DNA of 64,000 nt from a candidate division FCPU426 bacterium. GTDB taxonomy: Bacteria; Oederibacteriota; PGYV01; Palsa-1178. Below are positions 53,250 to 61,621 of this stretch, piece by piece. A program made the translations under genes and the position numbers. The stretch's first letter is position 1. Every line of letters begins with the position of its first letter. The notes under the pieces were generated by a model, which was not told the origin of the DNA, did not search any database, and was given only the letters and a program-made list of their open reading frames with translations. The stretch covers positions 1,024,001 to 1,088,000 of the forward strand of contig CAWIXE010000001.1 in the NCBI GenBank assembly GCA_963840035.1, in the 5' to 3' direction.

Positions 53250-53336
53250 TGGTGCGGATAGAGGGACTTGAACCCACACAGCCTTGCGGCCACTAGAACC
53301 TGAATCTAGCGCGTCTGCCAATTTCGCCATATCCGC
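53250..53336 (-). tRNA. tRNA-Leu (anticodon CAG)
   Basis: GCGGATATGGCGAAATTGGCAGACGCGCTAGATTCAGGTTCTAG…GGTTCAAGTCCCTCTATCCGCACCA; long variable arm, encoded CCA. Confidence 0.97.
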
Positions 53337-53382
53337 ACGGTCTATATAATATTAAATATAGGGCATAAATGCAATAGTTATT

Positions 53383-53526
53383 TAGCCAAAAGCAAAACAA
53401 TCAGCCAATAGCCAATATACTTATAGCCATTAGGTATTGTGTCGCTTTGCGACTTCTATTATATAATTGCCGGCGACTTATCCCGCCAACCTTATTTATT
53501 GGCTAATTGTATATTGGCTATTGGAT
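53383..53526. repeat. Heptamer-repeat inverted element (AGCCAAT type)
   Basis: agccaat-agccaat-atactt-atagccat ... attggct-aattgtat-attggct-attggat; sibling at 57427-57597. Confidence 0.8.
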
Positions 53527-53548
53527 AAGATGTGATATAATAATTCCT

Positions 53549-54655
53549 ATGAAAACAGACGCATTTTACATGCAAAAGGCAATAGAGCTTGCGGCGCTTG
53601 GCGCCGGGCATACCACACCAAACCCCATGGTGGGGTGTGTTATTGTGAAAAACGGAAAAATAATATCGGAAGGCTGGCATAAAAAAGCAGGGTTGCCGCA
53701 TGCCGAGGCTGTTGCGCTTGAGAAGATAAAGGCGAAAGCCTACGGCGCCACACTTTACACAAACCTTGAGCCGTGCTGCCACAGGGACAAGCGCACCCCT
53801 CCGTGCACGGACGCCATCATAAAATATGGGATCAAGAAGGTCGTATCAGCCATGACAGACCCCAACCCGAAGGTAAAAGACGAAGGCTACCGAGTCCTGA
53901 GAAATGCCGGGGTAAAGGTTGTAACCGGGGTAATGGAAAAAGAGGCAAAATATTTAAACAGGTTCTTTATAAAAAACCAGAGGCAGAAGCTGCCTTACAT
54001 TATAATGAAAGCGGGCATGTCATTGGACGGGAAGATGGCGCTTGCAAACGGCGTGTCTCAGTGGATAACAGGGGAAGAATCAAGGGCTTATGACCAGATT
54101 TTGCGGAAGGCATGCGACGCGATAGCGGTCGGCATAGGCACGATCCTCAAGGATGATCCATACCTGGATTGCAGGATAGATAAAAGCAAATCTATAAAGA
54201 AGGTAATATTTGATACGCGCGGCAGGCTTCCTGTTAACGCCAATATTTTTAAGTATTCATCGCCATGCGATATTTTTGTGTTCTGCAAGTCCATGCCGGC
54301 CGCGAGAAAAAAGCTGTTTTTAAGCCGGGGGGTTAATGTTATAATCCAGAAAGGCAAAGGACTCATAAATATGAAGGCTGCCGCCGCGGAATTATACACA
54401 AAGGGCATATGCAGCCTGCTTGTCGAAGGCGGCGGGTCCATACACACGGCCTTCCTTAAGGAAAAGCTTTACGATGAAGCATGGCTTTATATCGCGCCGA
54501 TTATAATAGGCGCGGACGGATTAAGCGTCATAGGAAATACAGGACTTAAGAACCTGTCATCTGCCGTGCACCTGGAAAACACCGCTACTCTCAGGCTCGG
54601 GCAGGATGTGCTTGTAAAAGGAGATGTCTGTTATGTTCAGCGGAATCGTATATGA
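53549..54655 (+). CDS. ribD: Bifunctional riboflavin deaminase/reductase
   Basis: PNPMVGCVIV, HAE, LEPCCH…TPPC, SLDGK, VEGG. Confidence 0.97.
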   Translation: MKTDAFYMQKAIELAALGAGHTTPNPMVGCVIVKNGKIISEGWHKKAGLPHAEAVALEKIKAKAYGATLYTNLEPCCHRDKRTPPCTDAIIKYGIKKVVSAMTDPNPKVKDEGYRVLRNAGVKVVTGVMEKEAKYLNRFFIKNQRQKLPYIIMKAGMSLDGKMALANGVSQWITGEESRAYDQILRKACDAIAVGIGTILKDDPYLDCRIDKSKSIKKVIFDTRGRLPVNANIFKYSSPCDIFVFCKSMPAARKKLFLSRGVNVIIQKGKGLINMKAAAAELYTKGICSLLVEGGGSIHTAFLKEKLYDEAWLYIAPIIIGADGLSVIGNTGLKNLSSAVHLENTATLRLGQDVLVKGDVCYVQRNRI

Positions 54656-55223
54656 CAAGGGCCGCATAAAGACCATAAGGCAGGGAGCGGGCGTGAAGGT
54701 GTTTTCCATAGCGCTTAATAAGACAATACTCCAGCCTGAAAAAGGCATGTCGATTGCCGTTAACGGCTCGTGCCTGACAGCCACATCTTTTAAGGGCGTC
54801 AGGGAATTTACCGCGGACGTGACCGAAGAGACCCTGAATAAGACAAACCTTAAAAGCTTAAAACCCGGAAGCGAAGTGAATATAGAGTTCCCGCTTACCG
54901 CTGATAAATTTTTAAGCGGACACATAGTGCAGGGCCACGTGGACTGCCCAGGCGGGGTAAAGAAACTGGCTAAGCAGGGGGATAAAGCAACACTTACTGT
55001 AATTTTTCCGGCTGAGAACGGTAAGTACATTATAGAAAAAGGTTCTGTGTCCGTGGACGGCACGAGCCTTACCGCTTATAATGTCACGAAAAATACATTT
55101 GATGTTGCGGTAATTCCCGAGACTTTAAAAAATACTGTGATGGGGAATTATAAAACCGGAACGGAAGTAAACCTTGAGTTTGATGTGATAGGGAAGTATG
55201 TGGAGAAATTTTTAAGAAAATGA
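54633..55223 (+). CDS. ribE: Riboflavin synthase alpha chain
   Basis: MFSGIV, SIAVNGSCLT, GHIVQGHVD, KGSVSVDG.SLT, VNLEFD.IGKYV. Confidence 0.96.
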   Translation: MFSGIVYDKGRIKTIRQGAGVKVFSIALNKTILQPEKGMSIAVNGSCLTATSFKGVREFTADVTEETLNKTNLKSLKPGSEVNIEFPLTADKFLSGHIVQGHVDCPGGVKKLAKQGDKATLTVIFPAENGKYIIEKGSVSVDGTSLTAYNVTKNTFDVAVIPETLKNTVMGNYKTGTEVNLEFDVIGKYVEKFLRK

Positions 55224-55277
55224 TGCTATAGAACAGGGCAAAGGCGAAGGACAGAACCTGGTTGTTCTTGTTTTTTT

Positions 55278-55303
55278 GTAGAGACGCAGCTTGCCTGCGT
55301 CTC
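55278..55303 (+). repeat. Single GTAG REP
   Basis: gtagagacgcagcttgcctgcgtctc. Confidence 0.8.
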
Positions 55304-55320
55304 AGACGCCGGGTATCACA

Positions 55321-55410
55321 ACTGTGATGGGTAATTACAAAACAGGAACCGAAGTTAATTTGGAATTTGATGTTATTGGGAAATACGTGGAGAAGTTTTT
55401 AAAAAAGTGA
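55321..55410 (+). pseudogene. Orphan copy of the last 30 codons of ribE
   Basis: Encodes TVMGNYKTGTEVNLEFDVIGKYVEKFLKK*, versus …FLRK* at 55134-55223. Confidence 0.92.
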
Positions 55411-55414
55411 AGTT

Positions 55415-55523
55415 GTAGTCGCAGGCCTGCGTTTCATCGGCCTGCGCCTATATGAGGATTTCAAACACGCAAACGGCAGATGCCAGCGCGCGCACCCCGA
55501 TGGAACGTAGAGGGTGCGACTAC
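55415..55523. repeat. REPIN-like element, sibling of 18280-18430
   Basis: gtagtcgcaggcc…ggcctgcg … cgcacccc…gggtgcgactac. Confidence 0.85.
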
Positions 55524-55540
55524 AAAAATACAGGAGAAAC

Positions 55541-56023
55541 ATGCGAGTACAACAGACCGGCGGTTTTGCCGACGACAAGGCCCGCCTTGAAAAAACCAAG
55601 AAAAAAGCTGAAAACAAGGGTGTTAAAGGCGTTTTTAAGGATGTTGTAAACGAGTCCAACTTCATGAAGGAACTTGACGGCGCCGCTGAAGAGCAGGTTA
55701 AGCAATCGCTTGACCAGCTCCTGGAAGACTTGTCAGAACAGGCAAAAGTGCTTGCAAACCACAGGACTTTTGAGGAGCTTGACAAATATAAAAAGCTTGT
55801 AAGGAACTTTATGGACACGGCAGTCAAGAAAATATACGCGGTAAAGATATCCGACTCATCAAAGCTCATGGTAAAAAGAAAAAAAGTATACGTGATAGTG
55901 GAGCAGGTGGACGCGGAGCTGGAAAAACTGACCGTAGCCATGCTGAGCAAACAGGCGGAATCACTGGACCTGCTGGCTACGCTGGATAGGATACGCGGCA
56001 TGCTGGTGGATATGTATTCGTGA
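55541..56023 (+). CDS. YaaR/DUF327 family protein
   Basis: L..YKKLVRNFM..AV, VD.ELE.L…L.LL..LD.IRGMLVDMY; ATG after AGGAG. Confidence 0.85.
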   Translation: MRVQQTGGFADDKARLEKTKKKAENKGVKGVFKDVVNESNFMKELDGAAEEQVKQSLDQLLEDLSEQAKVLANHRTFEELDKYKKLVRNFMDTAVKKIYAVKISDSSKLMVKRKKVYVIVEQVDAELEKLTVAMLSKQAESLDLLATLDRIRGMLVDMYS

Positions 56024-56046
56024 GCGGAGCTCACGAGAGGGATAGC

Positions 56047-56170
56047 GAGACAAGAGACCGGAGACAGGAAGAAAAGGATGGCGGGACAAAAGATCGGAGA
56101 CAGCAGTAAAACGAAAGAGTCGTTTTAAGCTCGGTTTATCGTTTTACTCCTGTCCCCGGTCTCTTGTCTC
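56047..56170. repeat. Heptamer-repeat inverted element (GAGACAG type)
   Basis: gagacaa-gagaccg-gagacag-ga ... tc-ctgtccc-cggtctc-ttgtctc; related half element at ~36494-36520. Confidence 0.85.
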
Positions 56171-56204
56171 TTAAACTCAAACCAGACAACACACGAGGTG
56201 TTAC

Positions 56205-57419
56205 ATGAAAAAGATAAAATTGGCTTCTGTCGAGGATGGCATTAAAGAACTTAAAAAAGGCAGCATGATAATCGTTGTCGACGATGAGGACCGTGAAAAC
56301 GAAGGTGACATTATATGCCTTGCCGAGAAAATAACGCCCCATCAGATTACTTTCATGGCAAAGCAGGCTTCGGGGCTCATATGCCTGGCTATGGAAAGTT
56401 CCCAGATACAGAAACTTGAGCTTGACCAGATGGTCGCGCGTAACAAGGAATCCATGAGGACGGCTTTTACCGTGTCCATAGACGCAAGCGAAGGAATAAC
56501 AACGGGGATTTCAGCGGCTGACAGGGCGCTCACAATAAAAAAAGCAGCTTCAAAAAAATCATTGCCCGATGATTTTGTCAGGCCCGGACATATATTCCCC
56601 CTTGAGGCAAAACCCGGAGGCGTCCTGGAGCGTACCGGCCACACTGAAGCTGCTGTGGACCTGGCAAGGTTCGCGGGCGCTGACGTCAAAGCCGGCGTGA
56701 TATGCGAGATACTAAATGAGGACGGCACCATGGCCAGGATGGCGCAGCTTGAAGTCTTCGCCAAAAAGCATAAATTGAAAATAATAAGCGTGGAAGATAT
56801 TGTCCGCTACAGGCGTAAAAACGAAGTCCTTGTGGAAAGGCTTGTGGAGACGGCCCTTCCTACAATCTACGGTGATTTTAAGATAATGGTGTATACCGAC
56901 AAGCAGGGGCAGGACCTGCATGTGGCGCTTGTAAAAGGCGAGATAGGCCCGAAGGACGATGTGGTGGTCAGGGTGCATTCGGAGTGCTTAACAGGGGACA
57001 TTTTCGCGTCGTTAAAATGCGACTGCGGCGACCAGCTGCACGCCGCGCTCCACAGGATAAAGCATTCAAAAAAAGGTGTGCTGCTTTACATGAGGCAGGA
57101 AGGCCGCGGAATAGGGCTGGTAAATAAGATAAAGGCGTACAAGCTCCAGAACGAACAGGGGCTTGATACGGTCGAGGCAAATAAGGCGCTTGGCCTGCCG
57201 GCGGACATGAGGGACTACGGCATAGGCGCGCAGATACTTTATGACATCGGCGTAAGAAAAATGAAGGTAATGACAAATAACCCGAAAAAGATGGTGGGGC
57301 TGCGGGGCTACGGGCTTGAGATAACCGGCAGGGTGCCGGTGGAGATAAAGCCCAACAGGATAAATAAAAAATACCTGCGCACAAAGCGGGTAAAGATGGG
57401 GCATTTACTGCATGTATAA
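56205..57419 (+). CDS. ribBA: Bifunctional DHBP synthase / GTP cyclohydrolase II
   Basis: DDEDRENEGD, RPGHIFPL, GHTEA, RVHSECLTGD…CDCG, QEGRGIG. Confidence 0.98.
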   Translation: MKKIKLASVEDGIKELKKGSMIIVVDDEDRENEGDIICLAEKITPHQITFMAKQASGLICLAMESSQIQKLELDQMVARNKESMRTAFTVSIDASEGITTGISAADRALTIKKAASKKSLPDDFVRPGHIFPLEAKPGGVLERTGHTEAAVDLARFAGADVKAGVICEILNEDGTMARMAQLEVFAKKHKLKIISVEDIVRYRRKNEVLVERLVETALPTIYGDFKIMVYTDKQGQDLHVALVKGEIGPKDDVVVRVHSECLTGDIFASLKCDCGDQLHAALHRIKHSKKGVLLYMRQEGRGIGLVNKIKAYKLQNEQGLDTVEANKALGLPADMRDYGIGAQILYDIGVRKMKVMTNNPKKMVGLRGYGLEITGRVPVEIKPNRINKKYLRTKRVKMGHLLHV

Positions 57420-57426
57420 GGACTTT

Positions 57427-57597
57427 TAGCCATTAGCCAATAAACTTTAAGCCAATAGATAATGATGACGGGATGATCCAAGAAAAAATATGGATCATCC
57501 CGTTTTTTATTAGAAAAGCTGCAGCTTGTTTTACTGGATGGCATAAAAGTCGAAAATGACACATTATTCATTGGCTATAGTACATTGGCTATTGGAT
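57427..57597. repeat. Heptamer-repeat inverted element (AGCCAAT type) enclosing a terminator
   Basis: tagccat-tagccaa-taaactt-taagccaat ... attggct-atagtac-attggct-attggat. Confidence 0.8.
57468..57508 (+). terminator. Rho-independent terminator after ribBA
   Basis: acgggatgatcca-N10-tggatcatcccgt-ttttt. Confidence 0.75.
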
Positions 57598-57648
57598 AAA
57601 TCCGCAAAAAATACACTTGTACATACACCAAAATACCTGCCAAAAAAT

Positions 57649-57677
57649 TTGACAACACCTATACAATAAGCTATACT
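57649..57677 (+). promoter_or_regulatory. Sigma70 promoter
   Basis: TTGACA-17-TATACT. Confidence 0.8.
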
Positions 57678-57768
57678 TATATTGTAGGAATATAGGGCTC
57701 CTCATTATTAATAAGAGACAACTGGATGAGGCTTAGCCTATTTATGTTTCAAAAAGGGGTAATGAAAA

Positions 57769-60700
57769 GTGTCGCCATTGACATGGATATTAAATCTTCC
57801 AAAGACAAAACTTTTCAAAAAATACCTCAGATCATACCTGCTTATATCACTAATCCCGATTTTGATAATTTCTTTCGTCAGCATACTGTTTATTTTGTAT
57901 GTGAATTTAACTAATGCTGATAAGACAGTGCGCTCAATGCTCGGCGAGCGGGTGGAGAGGATAAAGCTCTTTATTGATTCCAAAAAACACGACGCGAAGG
58001 TAGCCGCGGCAGACCCTAAAATGACAAGTTTTTTCAGCAACATGCAGGCAGTATACAAGTCAGGCATCAAATCCGAAGTTTACAGGGAAAAATATGATTC
58101 ATACAAAGAGGATATCAGGAATATAGTGGATGACAATGATTTTTATGACGGTATGCTGATAGACCCGAAAGGAAACATTATAGCCACAAGCAAACTTGAA
58201 AACGACCTGGGCAGGAATATCATGAAAGGGATTGATGGAAACCGGCAACTGGACGCGGCGTTTAGCGAGACACTTAAAACCGGAAGGACAGCGGCAGGCA
58301 GTTTTGATTATTACGCGCCGTCCGGCCTGTACGCCATGTTCATTACGTCACCCATCATGGAAAAAGGAAAAATAATCGCGGTACTGGCGTTTCAGCTGAA
58401 AAACGACGAGATTAACGCCCTGACACAAGACAACAAGGGTATAGGAAAAACCGGCGAAGTGGTGGTGGGGATTAAAAAAGGCAGCGACGTCCTATTCATC
58501 AACTCTTTAAGACGGGATACAAAGGCTGCTTTTGTAAGGACTGTTCAAATAGGGCAAGAACACGGGGGGCCGATACAGCAGGCGGTTGAGGGGAAAACAG
58601 GAAGCGGAATACTGCAGGATTATGACGGTACCACCGTGGTTTCAGCGTGGGATTATATACCTGAAGTGCAGTGGGGTGTGGTTATAAAGAGAGACCTGGG
58701 CGAGGTTGTAGAACCCGCAATAAGTCTCGGGTTATTATTTATTGTGTTTGGTTTCGCGGCATTTTTAGTCGCGCTTATGCTGGCAGTAAAGACATCTGAA
58801 GAAACTACAAAGCCCATTGTAAGCCTTGCCGAGGCGGCCAGGCGCGCGGCTGCAGGGGACCTCCAGGTAAAGGCAGAGGCTAATACAAAGGACGAGCTTG
58901 ATGATATGGCTGAAAGTTTTAATTCAATGGTGTCAATACTAAAAGAACAATTGAAGAAAATTGAAAACTATCTGGATGTGTCCGAAGCGCTCATAGCGGA
59001 ACTCGACAAAAAAGGGACAATTATAAACGTCAACAATATGTTCCTGAAGATCCTTGGATATACGAAAGACGAGCTCCTGGGCAGGAATTGGTTTGATGTG
59101 TTTGTTCACACAAGCCAGAAGGAATTCGTGCAGGCCCCATTTGAAAAAATGATGGCCGGAACCGGGGAGAACATAGAGTATTTTGAAAATGAGCTGCTTA
59201 CAAAAAGCGGGGAAGCAAGGACCATATACTGGCATAATACGGTTAACAGGGATGACGCCGGCAAAATAGTATCAACGTTAAGTTCCGGCATGGATATTAC
59301 AAGGGTGAAAAAAATTGAGCAGGGGCTGACCCGGGCGGAAGCCAGGTATAAGGCGGCGTTTGAGCAGGCGGCGGTGGGTGTTGTTGATGCCACAAGCAAG
59401 GGAGTGCTGCTCAACGTAAACAGCGAATTTTGCAGAATCACCGGTTATAACCCGGAGGAACTTGCCGGAAAATCTTTTGGGCTTATTACACACCCTGATG
59501 ATGTAAAAAAGGATGTTGAAATGATAGCGAAAGTTGAAGCCGGGGAAATACCATGCTATTCTTCCGAGAAAAGGTATATACGGAAGGACGGATCGGTCAT
59601 ATGGGCGCATGTAAATGTCTCGCCTGTGGTAATCAGCGGCAGGATATCGCATTTTTTTATTGTGGTGGAGGATATTTCACAGAGGAAAGCCGCGGAAGCG
59701 GCGCTTGAAGAATCAGAGGCGCGGTTTAAGTCTGTTTTTGAAAAGTCGGCCGCCGGCATGTCGCTGACTGCCGCTGACGGCAAACTGCTTAAGGTCAACG
59801 GCTCCCTGGCGCGTATGTTTGGCTATACCGTGGATGAAATGCATTTAAAGAATTTCAGCGACATAACCCACCCGGATGATGTCGCTGACTCGAAAAAGCA
59901 GATAAATTACCTGCTGTCCGGTGAAAAGAAGACCGTGCATTTTGAAAAGAGGTACATACATAAAAACGGAAGCATTGTCTGGACGGATTTAAGTTCAACC
60001 CTGTTTAAGGGGGCAAACGGCAAACCGCTGTACCTTATAACTTCCATTATCGACATTACTGAAAAGAAAAAAATGCAGGAGGAGGTAATTGAGAGCGAAA
60101 AAAAATTCAGGTCAGCTTTTGAGCAGTCGGCCGTGGGCATGGTTTACTGCACGCCGGAAGGCGTGTTCTCAAAAGTCAACGGAAGGTTCTGCGAGATGAC
60201 CGGGTATTCGCAGGATGAGATAACGAAACTGAACTTCCGCGACATAACCCACCCTGAAGACGTCGACATGGACGTGGGGTACGCTGAAAAACTCCTGTCA
60301 GGGGAAATGGATTCATACAGCCTGGAAAAGAGGTATATTAAAAAAACAGGCGAAGTTATCTGGATAAGGCTTTTTACCAACATGCTGAGGAATGACGACG
60401 GATCCCCTAAAAGTTTTGTGGGGGTTATTGAGGATGTTACGGAAAGGAAAAAAGCTCAGCAGGAATTATCCGCGGCTGTCGAGGAACTCAAGCGTTCTAA
60501 CTCTGACCTGGAGCAGTTCGCGTATATTTCATCCCACGACCTTCAGGAACCGCTGCGCTCGATTGCTGGATATCTTCAGCTCATAGACAGAAAGTACAGG
60601 GATAAGCTCGACGCGGAAGGCGGGAGCTATATAAACTCTACCATAGCCGCGGCCGAGCGCATGAAAACGCTCATTAACGACGTGCTTCAGTATTCTAAGA

Positions 60701-61173
60701 TCGAGAAAAAAGGGGAGCCTTTTGCCCCGGCAGACATGAACGAGGCTGTGGCGCAGGCCATGCTGAATTTGGAAGGCGCCATAGAACGGAATAAGGTAAA
60801 AGTTATATATTCAAAGCTTCCTGTGGCTTTTGTTGATTTCGGGCAGATGGTAAGGCTGTTCCAGAATTTTATTGGCAATTCCATAAAGTTCAGAAATCAG
60901 GGTGAAGACCCTGTCATAGAAATAACATGCCGTGAAAACGCGCGGGATTATATTTTTAAGGTAAAGGATAACGGTATCGGCATAGACCCGCAGTACAGCG
61001 AAAGGATATTTGCCATATTCCAGCGGCTTCACTCAAGGCGTGAATACCCCGGTACCGGCATCGGGCTGGCGGTCTGCAAAAAAATAGTGGAACGCCACGG
61101 AGGAAAGATATGGCTTGAATCAGAGCCGGGCAAAGGCGCTGAATTTTATTTTACAATACCAAGCAGGAGGTAA
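57769..61173 (+). CDS. Sensor histidine kinase: TM-Cache-TM-HAMP-4xPAS-HisKA-HATPase
   Basis: DELDDMAESFNSM (HAMP), THP(D/E)D and EKRYI in PAS repeats, SHDLQEPLR, DNGIGI, GTGIGL. Confidence 0.93.
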   Translation: MSPLTWILNLPKTKLFKKYLRSYLLISLIPILIISFVSILFILYVNLTNADKTVRSMLGERVERIKLFIDSKKHDAKVAAADPKMTSFFSNMQAVYKSGIKSEVYREKYDSYKEDIRNIVDDNDFYDGMLIDPKGNIIATSKLENDLGRNIMKGIDGNRQLDAAFSETLKTGRTAAGSFDYYAPSGLYAMFITSPIMEKGKIIAVLAFQLKNDEINALTQDNKGIGKTGEVVVGIKKGSDVLFINSLRRDTKAAFVRTVQIGQEHGGPIQQAVEGKTGSGILQDYDGTTVVSAWDYIPEVQWGVVIKRDLGEVVEPAISLGLLFIVFGFAAFLVALMLAVKTSEETTKPIVSLAEAARRAAAGDLQVKAEANTKDELDDMAESFNSMVSILKEQLKKIENYLDVSEALIAELDKKGTIINVNNMFLKILGYTKDELLGRNWFDVFVHTSQKEFVQAPFEKMMAGTGENIEYFENELLTKSGEARTIYWHNTVNRDDAGKIVSTLSSGMDITRVKKIEQGLTRAEARYKAAFEQAAVGVVDATSKGVLLNVNSEFCRITGYNPEELAGKSFGLITHPDDVKKDVEMIAKVEAGEIPCYSSEKRYIRKDGSVIWAHVNVSPVVISGRISHFFIVVEDISQRKAAEAALEESEARFKSVFEKSAAGMSLTAADGKLLKVNGSLARMFGYTVDEMHLKNFSDITHPDDVADSKKQINYLLSGEKKTVHFEKRYIHKNGSIVWTDLSSTLFKGANGKPLYLITSIIDITEKKKMQEEVIESEKKFRSAFEQSAVGMVYCTPEGVFSKVNGRFCEMTGYSQDEITKLNFRDITHPEDVDMDVGYAEKLLSGEMDSYSLEKRYIKKTGEVIWIRLFTNMLRNDDGSPKSFVGVIEDVTERKKAQQELSAAVEELKRSNSDLEQFAYISSHDLQEPLRSIAGYLQLIDRKYRDKLDAEGGSYINSTIAAAERMKTLINDVLQYSKIEKKGEPFAPADMNEAVAQAMLNLEGAIERNKVKVIYSKLPVAFVDFGQMVRLFQNFIGNSIKFRNQGEDPVIEITCRENARDYIFKVKDNGIGIDPQYSERIFAIFQRLHSRREYPGTGIGLAVCKKIVERHGGKIWLESEPGKGAEFYFTIPSRR

Positions 61174-61177
61174 TCGC

Positions 61178-61621
61178 ATGGATAAAGAAATGCAGTCAGT
61201 CACTATACTACTTGTCGAGGACAACCCGGATGATGTCATTCTTACCAAGGAAGCGCTGAAGGAAGGGAAGATTAAGAACCACCTGTATGACGTCGGCGAT
61301 GGTGTCGAGGCCATGGATTTTTTAAGAAAAAAGGGGAAATATAAGGACTCGCCGCGGCCGGATATCGTGTTCCTTGACCTTAACCTGCCAAAAAAAGACG
61401 GCAGGCAGGTGCTTTCGGAAATAAAGGAAGACCCCGAGCTCAAAGGCATACCTGTTGTGATACTGACAACGTCCGAGGCAGAAGAGGACGTCATAAAGTC
61501 CTACAAACTTCACGCGAACTGTTATATCACAAAGCCCGTGAACCTTGACCGTTTTATCCATGTTGTAAAGCAGCTGGATGACTTCTGGTTTGACATCGTG
61601 AGACTTCCGAGAGGATGCTAA
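61178..61621 (+). CDS. Single-domain response regulator (Rcp1-like)
   Basis: LVEDNPDD, LDLNLPKKDG, ILTTS.AEED…SY.LHANCYI.KP. Confidence 0.93.
   Translation: MDKEMQSVTILLVEDNPDDVILTKEALKEGKIKNHLYDVGDGVEAMDFLRKKGKYKDSPRPDIVFLDLNLPKKDGRQVLSEIKEDPELKGIPVVILTTSEAEEDVIKSYKLHANCYITKPVNLDRFIHVVKQLDDFWFDIVRLPRGC

Noticed and set aside
53250..53336. tRNA-Leu as the attachment site of an integrated element
   Set aside because: No integrase and no duplicated tRNA 3' end seen in the window.
55134..55410. Diversity-generating retroelement TR/VR pair
   Set aside because: Mismatches are at synonymous positions rather than adenine-specific, and no reverse transcriptase is in the window.
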